Part shown: piece after piece, positions 37,019-47,197 of the stretch
Position numbering within the stretch: position 1 is the first letter of the stretch
How the letters are laid out: the number at the start of each line of letters is the position of its first letter
Source of the DNA: Octopus bimaculoides
Taxonomy: Eukaryota
DNA: 47,197 nucleotides
Assembly (NCBI RefSeq): GCF_001194135.2
Contig: NC_068988.1
Span: 25,677,562-25,724,758 of the forward strand
Reading direction: 5' to 3'
The notes under the pieces: model-generated
What the model saw: only the letters and a program-made list of their open reading frames with translations
Database searches by the model: none
Told to the model about the DNA's origin: nothing
Position numbers and translations under genes: made by a program

Positions 37019-39011
37019 TATATATGATTTAGCTTCCGCCCAGAACAGACTGTTTACTAACCACTACGTACAATTATTCTGCTCCATAGAATCAGCTTCT
37101 GGAAAGCTGCACGCTGCTATTTTTTTTCTTTTAGTGCTTAACTTTCAGTTCTTTAAATGATATGGTAACTACATCTATGTCTTTGTCGGCAAAGTTAACT
37201 TTGCAAATTTGGTTCTTCATCAGAAAGAAATATTTCGAGAATTTTAGCGCATCTATTTATATGTTGTACTAATTGTTTCTGTTCAATCATTAAGTCTCAT
37301 TCAATTAATTTTATTACAAATAATGTAAAGAAAATATAAAATGCTAGCAAACACTGTCTGCAAAGTTCGTTTGAAAATCTCATTCATACGGTGCATCTTC
37401 ATTCCTATTTAGAATGATTCTTTAAGGGGAGAAAAGAAATAGAGCAATCAAGCATTTATAGCACTCCAGAAATGCTCAAGAGAAAGGTTCCACTGTTTCA
37501 GATGCAGAACCATTCAGTATTTCAAGCATCCTTTCAGAGGAACACGTGCGTAAACTTGAAAACAAACAAAAAAAAAAGTCGTCTGTTTAGTTTGGCATTT
37601 ATGGGCAAATTAAAGTAGAAATAGGTCACACCTTTTGGCATTGAGATTTACAGCTTTTATTGGTTAAGAGAAACTTCTTTATAGTGCAATGGTTTCAGTA
37701 ATCGAACCGGTGATATTCATGACAATAATCGACTATAGGTATTTTACGGAATATTTTAAAAATAAGAAAAAAATGTATTAATGATTTTTTTCATAAAGAT
37801 GAGCCAGGGTGCACTAAACATCGCCAGTGCGGCGTATCTTTGACGCTACTGATCTTGATAATTGAATATATATATAAAATATGTAAGGTATAATTATTTT
37901 ATATTCAATATTGAAGTTCTTTCATTGAGTGCAAAGATTATAGATACTCTACTCATTTGGGTCATGAGTCTGTATGTAGCAATCCGTTTTTGTTTTTCAA
38001 TGCTATGTCCCTTTATCATCTTAGAAGGCAAGTATTATATGAAGCTCAAGCTTAACACGTAACCATTTTCATGTGAAATAGCATTGTTGAATTTGTTTCA
38101 GTGATGCATTTTGTTTTAGGTTTTATACTTTGTACCGGACCCTATTTTTAAAAATGTTACAGCATATTGAATATTAGGGTATTAAAAGAATATACAATAT
38201 ACAGCAGTTCAATTCAGTACGTTATGTATAGTACAAAGAGAGAAAACTTCACATGGTGACATTTTATAATATTAAGCTAGAGTTACACAAGTATAATTCG
38301 TGACTGAGATATGTGATTTGCTGGGGTGTTACCTCCAGTATCCGTAAGAGAAAAATACGATAACATATTTTACTTAAAGATCAATGCTAATGTAGAATAA
38401 AATTTTTAGCAGCATTATTAACACTATGGTTGTAGTAAAATCACAAGGTAAATATCACAGATTTTGGCCTTCTCCCTTAAGGAAAAGATGTAATATCGTC
38501 TGCAACGTTCATCTGAAACAAACACTGATATAGATAAACCTGCTGTTTCTTCCTCTTGACATTATGTTCTTTTGTAAATGCGCAATGGGCTGTGGGATTC
38601 CTGATTAACTTATGCCATTCGAAGTGTAACAGAGACGATTGATCGTAAATCTGAAATTAAAATTACCTCATATGATGTGTTATTTATTTTTATTAATGTT
38701 CATTGCATAATTATTTGATGCTGACATTTCGATAATCATCCTCCAATCACTTGCTAAGTTATATACTTTATTTCTTTTATTCTCCACAAAACGAACAATC
38801 TTAATTAATGGTTATTTATCAATAAATAAATTTATTAGCCACAGAACAACATTTAGTATAGATGATTCATAATAGTTATTACAGAATATATTCACACCTA
38901 CCTATGTCTCAGTTTCTCAATGTGCAAATTCAGTAATATAACATATGGTGTTTTTATATCAGTATCTTAAACGAATCGTGGTGACTGTAGTCAATGTCTG
39001 AAGTAATACAA

Positions 39012-39228
39012 GGCGATGAGCGGGCAGAATCGTCAACACACAAGACATAATGCTTAGCGGTATTTCGTCCGTTGTTACGTTCTTGTTTGAAATTTCGCCA
39101 AAGTCTGCTTTATCTTTCAAACTTTTGGGGTCGAAAAATAGTACCAGTTCAGCCCTTTGATCAATGTAATTGACTCACCCCTCCCCTTAAAATTACTGGT
39201 CATGAGCCAAAGTTTAAAGTTTGAAACC
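39012..39228 (+). mobile_element. SINE family A copy
   Basis: ggcgatgagcgggcagaatcgtcaac...atgcttagcggtatttcgtccgttgttacgttc...ttttggggtcgaaaaatagtaccagttcagc...ttgaaacc. Confidence 0.85.
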
Positions 39229-39369
39229 TGTATCTAAAGTAATGTATAAATATTCTTAGCTATATTACATGGGACAGATCATTCAAATTGCTCATGTTAG
39301 CAAAGTAACCCTTCATATCTATAAGTATAACTCAGTATGTTTAGAATCACAAGTGATGCAAATTCTCCA

Positions 39370-39640
39370 TCGTTGAACTCATCACTCCAATCGTATCTCC
39401 CAAAGAATTCAGGTGTACAATTTTGGAACCAATTTTTCACAGTTTTTTCAGCCGCGTCTTTGTTACGGAATTGTTGTTTTAAAGACTGTCCAAATTGCCA
39501 CGACGCCTACTTCAGAAAGCCGTTGTATGTTTTATGACTTTGTAGTTCAATTTTTCGATGGCATATGTGGCAAAACAGGGTAATGTGTGATCATCCATTG
39601 TAAAGCAAAATGTGGATTGTTGTTACATATTTGTTCCAGG
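39370..39640 (-). mobile_element. Highly decayed mariner transposase C-terminal remnant
   Basis: Minus-strand frames give, in the expected order: ILLYNG*SH (cf. ILLHDNARPH), YAIEKLNYKVIKH (cf. LxELGYEVLPH), and QFRNKDAAEKTVKNWFQNCTPEFF (cf. KxFxNxxxxxxAxxxWFxSxxPEFF). I found no TIRs. Confidence 0.6.
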
Positions 39641-40020
39641 AAATGCCCTGGAAATGCTTACTTCGTCAAGAGATTAATGAAGAGAATTACACCCGCATGA
39701 AAGGCATTATTTGCCTGCAGTTAAGGAGAAAAAAGTAGGACAGCTACTTACATAACAAAAAGAATATCTCACCAAACATGTGCAATTTGATTGACCTATG
39801 CCAATTAGTTAAATTTCATTACTGTCCGTACAACACTAGTACATATTTGCATTCTCAAGCTCACAACTTATTGAAGTGATAATACCCCTCCCATATTAAG
39901 ATTCCTCGCAATAAGAAATTCATATCATGTTGTAGAATTGGTAAGCAGCACGAATGCAATTAAACGTGAAAGCCAGTCTCCTAAAAGTAGATATGTACTT
40001 TGGCGAACCCAGACATGTTG

Positions 40021-40100
<80 letters not shown>
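40021..40100 (+). repeat. (AAT)n microsatellite, ~27 perfect units
   Basis: Directly visible. Confidence 0.97.
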
Positions 40101-40103
<3 letters not shown>

Positions 40104-41835
40104 AAGAAGAAGACAACACCCACACCAGCGAGGCGAATGATGTTGATTNNNNNNNNNNNNNNNNNNNNNNNNNNNNNNNNNNNNNNNNNNNNNNNNNNNN
40201 NNNNNNNNNNNNNNNNNNNNNNNNNNNNNNNNNNNNNNNNNNNNNNNNNNNNNNNNNNNNNNNNNNNNNNNNNNNNNNNNNNNNNNNNNNNNNNNNNNNN
40301 NNNNNNNNNNNNNNNNNNNNNNNNNNNNNNNNNNNNNNNNNNNNNNNNNNNNNNNNNNNNNNNNNNNNNNNNNNNNNNNNNNNNNNNNNNNNNNNNNNNN
40401 NNNNNNNNNNNNNNNNNNNNNNNNNNNNNNNNNNNNNNNNNNNNNNNNNNNNNNNNNNNNNNNNNNNNNNNNNNNNNNNNNNNNNNNNNNNNTATATATA
40501 TATATATATCTTCCTAAAAATCACGGACGTAAAATTCAAGTTACCAGGTTTGAAAATACAATTCCATGCTAAAAAGATTGGTAAAAATTGTCATAACGTG
40601 TATCAGCAAACCCATGTAGAGCATTATACTCCCAACCAGACAATTCTATATCAATGACCTGCTGAACAATGTAATTCCTCGTTGAACAAAACGGATCTCG
40701 TCAGCAATTATAAATATACCCGCGAGGCCATTGAACAAATACATATTAAAATGCAGGTCAAAGTATTAGATTTCCTGGGAACAAAGTTCATGTTTCCTTT
40801 AACACGTCGCGTTTATCTAACTTTAATGTACCGTAGTTTTGTTTCTTCACATAACAGATCCAATTAATATTCTCTATCCTTAAAACTTTAGATTAAATTG
40901 AAAATAACCCCCAAATAATTTCAAATCTTATTAATGTTATGCAATAATCGATTAAATCTGATCAAAACTGCAATATATTAGAATAACAAGTAAGCATACA
41001 GTGATAAATAGGACTTGTTCCTGATTAAAATTAACAAATACATTATATTTTCCGATAATATAGTGTGTTTGATTTTAGAGATAATTTTAACACTCATACA
41101 GAATGTGACTTCCCGAAATTTATTGTTTATGTACGTATACCTACTAACACACACACATATTGGTGCACACGCACTCTAGCACACACACATATGTACATGG
41201 ACCTATATTTGTGTATACAAACGTATACATAGGTATATTTGGATATACTTGTTTATATATTATGTCTCTCCATATATAAGCGCTTATATTTGTCGATAAC
41301 GTTTCACACGCACACATGCATACACACACGTATACGTACACCTGTATGTAAGAATTCGAAATATATACATATGTATATATATATACATTCGGATGAATAC
41401 ATAAAAGTCGTTTCTAAATATACATATTTGTGTACTTCTGAATATATTAAGCTCACATATACGCATTCATCCCCCACTTATATATACCTGTGTAGATATG
41501 ACATCTATCATATCCCAGGTTAAGAAAAGGTACATTTGAAGATGCATGTATTCATGTTCTTCTCTCTCACGTACACACTTACAGTCAAATAATTATAGAT
41601 ATATACACCTCCTTCTTATATGCATATCTGAGTCTTCCTCTTCTAGCAATTATGCTTGTTGTATAGGCGGTTTATTTCCTTCTATGTGCGAGAGTTCCAG
41701 AATGCACTTTGAGTGATTTGCAATTTGCTAGTCGATATTTAAACGTAAAAGTTACGGCCATGAAACGTTTTCAATAGAAAATGGTTTTAGCAGGGAATAT
41801 TTTGATATCAACTAACAATACTTAACATATATATA

Positions 41836-42031
41836 AGGTTTATGAACTTGTAGGATTTTCTAGCGGCATTTTGCTTGTCTGGAGCTCAAATCCCGTCGAG
41901 GTAAACTTTTTCTTTCATTGTCGATTTTATCGGTGTCCGTAAAATAAGTACCAGTTGAGCAGTGGGGTCAATGCAATTGACTTACTACTACTTGCCCAAA
42001 ACAATGATGGCCTTGTACCAAAATGAGAAAC
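41836..42031 (+). mobile_element. SINE family A, decayed copy
   Basis: tagcggcattt...gagctcaaatcccgtcgaggtaaacttt...taaaataagtaccagttgagcagtggggtcaatgcaattgact...ggccttgtaccaaaatgagaaac. Confidence 0.8.
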
Positions 42032-42045
42032 TAATATACATATAC

Positions 42046-42098
<53 letters not shown>

Positions 42099-42466
42099 GA
42101 ATAAAAAGTTTAGAAAGGTATATCAATGCACTATAGAACAAAAAATGGACTATATACCCGTTGTAACTTGGTTATCTATACACACACACATATATATAAN
42201 NNNNNNNNNNNNNNNNNNNNNNNNNNNNNNNNNNNNNNNNNNNNNNNNNNNNNNNNNNNNNNNNNNNNNNNNNNNNNNNNNNNNNNNNNNNNNNNNNNNN
42301 NNNNNNNNNNNNNNNNNNNNNNNNNNATATATATATATATATATATATAAGACACAAACATGATACCATTGACAAGAATCCTTATGTGCCGAAAGGCTAG
42401 TTAAAAGCCAGACCACGTAAATGAGAATTTATGAGGCACGTCAATTATAACACTAGAACGAACAAT

Positions 42467-43139
42467 TGTTATAATTGGTGTGTCTTATAAATTCACTTTA
42501 ACATGGTTTGCGTTTTAACTGGACATTTTAGCATGTAAGGAGTCATGTCAATGGTCTCTGCTTTGTGTATAAAAATATTTTATACACACTTATATTTTAA
42601 AAAATATGATGTTTTTTTTTTTTATTTATGCATGCTAACCACTGGTAATAAATTTATTACCCACATATGTACGATAGTAATATTTATAATTCTGATGCTA
42701 TATAGGATACAGCTGTAAAGGTCTTTACTACTAGACTATATATTTATGATCGCGCACTAAGTTCGATCCCTTAAATGGATAAAGGTGTAGCTACCTTGAA
42801 CACGTGTTTTCGGTACGAATTTTCAACTACATAATTATTCATTAATTACCGATTTCGCTGTCGAGCTACAGATTCTAAATTAGTTTATTTGGCAATTAAT
42901 AGCGAAACTCGAGTTCGGGATTAAATAATTCGTTTTTGGTTCGTTGTAGTGTTATAATTAGCGTACTTCATGCATTCCCTTTTTCGTGGTTTGGGTTTCA
43001 ACAAGCTTTTTAGCATGTAAGCACTCCTGTCAATGGTCTCCTCTTTGTGTATAGAAATATTTTATACATTCTTATATTTTTAAAATTATGATATATCTTA
43101 TGACTTCTATTTATGTATACTAACCAGTGGTAATAAATT
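42467..43139 (+). repeat. Diverged direct duplication, ~190 bp copies (42467-42654 and 42950-43139) around a ~295 bp unique spacer
   Basis: Shared blocks: tgttataatt; ttttagcatgtaag; tgtcaatggtctc..ctttgtgtata.aaatattttataca...cttatattt; tatttatg...ctaacca.tggtaataaatt. Confidence 0.85.
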
Positions 43140-43171
43140 ATTTTAATTTGTTATCCTCATACTTATGACAC

Positions 43172-43218
<47 letters not shown>

Positions 43219-43767
43219 CATATATATGTGATGTCATGTACCCATATATGCGTGTATGTATACATATAGATGTCGGTATGTACATATATGTATGGATATA
43301 TGCATATAATTATATAATGTCGAAATTTTAGAGAAAAAAAACATATAATATTTATTTCAGAGACAACAGAGAAATGTTCGGGCAGGAACAAAATGGATTT
43401 GAAGGCAAGATTGTTTTAGATTAATGCTAGGAAAAGTAACTCGGAGGGAGTCATTGTAGTAACGATGACGTTTTACCGCTATCTTGATAATCAGCATAAT
43501 CGCTTATTTTAGTATAAGTTTGGAAGCTAAGTCAATGACGTAGAGTTCCAACTATATGGAATCTTCAAGCAGTTTAAATGCACAGTTCGTCGATATCCAC
43601 GTGGCTAAATTATATCAACAGAATGCGTCACTCAGGAGTCATGCTCTGGATGCGGCCCGGACCCTAAGAATGTAAGGAGTCAAAATACTTGCTTGAACTG
43701 GGATTCTTGTCTAAATACTACCTGTTTAGCTCTCTTGAGAGCTTCGGTTTCTTACCAGTGAATAAAC

Positions 43768-43910
<143 letters not shown>

Positions 43911-44500
43911 GAGTTTATTACCAACATGTTTTTTTCCTTTTGAAAACAATTTAAGATATTTTTATATAATTGTTCCTATATTATTCCACATAAAATTAGA
44001 AACAAAGACAATTATATTTTCGCAAATGTAGATCAGTAACTGATTTAAATAACTATATTTTTGAATAAAAGAACGCAAAAGTGTTTCGAATATAATCTGT
44101 CATAAACCAAGAGAATCACATATTTCCATACTCGGCATGTATTTTTTGAGCGATGTAAAACATACGTATGCATTCAAAGCTGCTGTAGCGTGATGGTGCC
44201 TGTCTAGTCTGCTTTGATAATCACGTGATTGGTTAGACCCTTACGCACGACAATAATCAACAAAATTTAAAAAGTTGTTACAGAAGTGGGTACGGCATTA
44301 TATTTGGGAAGCTTTCTTTTTTTTTTTCTTTTTTTTTAATATGCAGCAACGTTGCCTTGTATGTGTTGTGTTTAGGAAGTAAGTTGATTATCTGTGGTGT
44401 TCGTTTTTCTCGTATTTCTTTTTGTAACGCAGCACTCCATGGCAACACACTATATCAAATCAATCTTCATTAGACATATGGAGTCACCAATATTTATTCT

Positions 44501-44615
<115 letters not shown>

Positions 44616-44738
44616 ACATACAACTATATATATTGTTAGATAGTAGTTAGGTAGATATGCATATATACATATATGTACATACATGTGTGTGTATTCATAT
44701 ATGTATATATACATATGTTATATATATATATGTTTATA

Positions 44739-44781
<43 letters not shown>

Positions 44782-46404
44782 CATATGTATATATCATACA
44801 TATATTAGTACAAGTGAGAAATAGATGTCAACATGTGAGCACTGCTTAAGGCAATATACTGTGGGTTGAATTATTAGTGTTGCTACAGAACGCCTGTAAT
44901 CGGCTGTCAAGTTAAATTCTTGAATAGTTTGGCAACTTCTTTTGATATCTTATCGACAATATAAGTAAATCAAACAAGTGAAACATTTCTTGAAACTTTT
45001 TCAAGTGGCTGGACATTCTGTCATGATATTATCGGCTTAGAATATCAACATTTCACTTCCAAGAACTTTGTTTCCAAACCTATATTGATTTTTTATTTAG
45101 ACACAATGCCACAGGGCTATTGATCATTTAGAGAAATGGAAAGAGGTGATGTTCATTATATCGAGTCACAACTCCACAAATCACAATTTCAATAACAAAC
45201 ATGCATACTTATTTATCTATCCACTAGCGATTATGCTAAAAAAAATATTTGTGAATTTCAGTATATATTTTAAGTAAATGTCAATGTGTATTTGCTACCG
45301 AGAAATGAATATAAAATTATAGTAAGTATCTGGAAGCTGAGAACAAAGTTGGTATCCCATATCATAAAGTACGACGTAATAATTTGAAAGAATATGGGAA
45401 AAGTTTTGTCTAAATGAGTTTATAGAAAATAGCGAACAGAACTACATAAAGTGAAAATTACATATAAAACGTTAAGGTACGTTAATAGACAGAGAGAGAA
45501 AAAAAATCTTGAACGAATCTAAAAAATGTAAAATAAAAACAGATATATTTCCTGAAAATAATGCTTAGAGAATAATGCTATGCTAAGTACCAAACTTCTT
45601 TCTTTCAACCAATATACAAATGGGTGGGAATAGATTTATAAAACATATATTACAATATACTTCGAATTACAATACAGACGAATTTACATGAAGTCTGTAG
45701 TAAATCGCAAGACTTGAATAATTGGCTGCAAGATCTTCCTAAAAGCACACCCTGAGGCCTTCAAAATTTCCTTTAAAAGTTTCGGAAGAAGCAAATATGG
45801 TTAGTATTGGCTGCAGCTCGTTTCATCTTAGATTGTGCTCGATTATGGTAAAACTATGAAAAATGCAATCGCAGTAACAAAAGTATTATTACAATAAATG
45901 TGATTATTTGGTTTAAGGACCGGCTGACCACAAGATAAATGTCAAGGTATGGAAAGAGCAGTTTCGTCAGAAGTTAAGAGAGTATGTTGAATGACTTGGG
46001 GAAACATTTTCAATTTATTGAAAATTTTCTATTTGGCCTAGTATAAAAGAAATCTTATCAGTAACTCACTAATTTCACAATATGTCCATGGATAGAAGGG
46101 AAAGTTTTAGTGGGGGACATACATACATATTGATGAAACTACACAGTGAGTGAAAGCGATATTGGAGCCCGACTGTCTCGTGGACAAGTTTTCACATAGA
46201 AAAATAGTTATGATGTTATTGAAAGTGTACGGCTTTTCGTTATTTTTTCGTTCACCCTTCTGTAGATCAATTTTTAACTTATTTATTTTCATTCCTTCTT
46301 ATTTGGGTTATTTCACAAAGTTTCAGCTATTGTATGTATTGCCTAATCTTGCTTTAATTTTCCAATTTGCCTCTCTCTAAGGTAAAGGTAAAGACAAATC
46401 CGTG

Positions 46405-46451
<47 letters not shown>

Positions 46452-47148
46452 TATATGTAAGTATGTGTGTGTTTTAGGTACGTCGTCATTGAATTGGAAC
46501 CTGTGTTTCACTGGTTGGATACGTAAATATTTCACAGAAAAAGTGATATAAAACACGTTTCCTAGCTGTGGTTTATTTCAATATATCCTCTATATATTGT
46601 TTCTGGATTTCATTTAATTCCACTTAGACATCACTGCATAACATAGAGAGTGCTATGGAGTCGAGATACAATCAATTAAATTAAGTGTGAGTGGTATCAG
46701 CCGTCTGATCAAAACGTTAATATCTCTAAGAACATGTTAAATTGAATCGCTAGATAGACATTCACATGCAAAATATATTCATCATTGTCTTTGGTACGCG
46801 TGGCATTGATTTAACGAGTTCATCGGAGCAAACTTAATTGTTGTACAGATGCAATTGAAGCAGAACAAATTTCGGCAAAGTGTCATGATTTGTGTTTGAT
46901 TTTGGTGTATTTTTTCTTGCGACAGTTAAATGTTGGATATAGTTTTGTAGTAAAATTACATCACCATTTTTACCGTTACTATCTCATGTGAAATCAATGA
47001 AAGTAACATTAACAAAGCATAATTGCATAATTGCAAGAATGAACTTTTGCTATGATCTACAAAGAAAGTTCCTACATACATATGCAAATATACCCATGTA
47101 CACAAATACGCGAACACATACACGCATATATACAGACCATCATATATA

Positions 47149-47197
<49 letters not shown>

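Noticed and set aside
32131-37260. Several K/E/N-rich minus-strand open frames (32131-32300, 34197-34360, 36140-36400, 37100-37260), one ending at a good GTGAGT donor near 36138
   Set aside because: They mirror T/C-rich + strand tracts. In-frame stops lie just upstream of the donor-containing frame with no usable acceptor, and I recognise no protein family.
40500-40867. Short open frames right of the 40149 gap (VKVLDFLG; GWEYNALHGFADTRYDNF)
   Set aside because: Only vague resemblance to RT or channel motifs, with stops on either side.

Overview
This is AT-rich, microsatellite-dense eukaryotic DNA from a gapped draft assembly: 16 N-gaps totalling about 4 kb, most flanked by (TA)n/(CA)n. The tRNA-derived SINE families and the repeat landscape point to an octopus (coleoid cephalopod) genome; that is an inference from recognising the repeats, not a database result. 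I could not confidently identify any host protein-coding exon, so the window is probably intronic or intergenic. Almost all long ORFs in the supplied track are translations of microsatellites or N-runs. Supported content: (i) a 5'-truncated L1/Tx1-clade non-LTR retrotransposon with a nearly open ORF2 C-terminus and a structured 3'UTR (about 17.8-19.1 kb), followed by a duplicated ~120 bp block; (ii) three decayed Tc1/mariner elements; (iii) a CR1-group LINE 3' remnant; (iv) nine copies or fragments of one tRNA-derived SINE family and two copies of a second, CORE-like family; (v) a ~207 bp foldback/MITE with 50 bp near-perfect arms; (vi) local diverged duplications and many simple repeats. The best leads are the foldback element, the Tx1 3'UTR hairpins with the downstream repeat, a module shared between the two SINE families, and a bZIP/E-box motif cluster overlapping a possible first exon at 43.4-43.7 kb. 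I found no convincing new multi-gene system.
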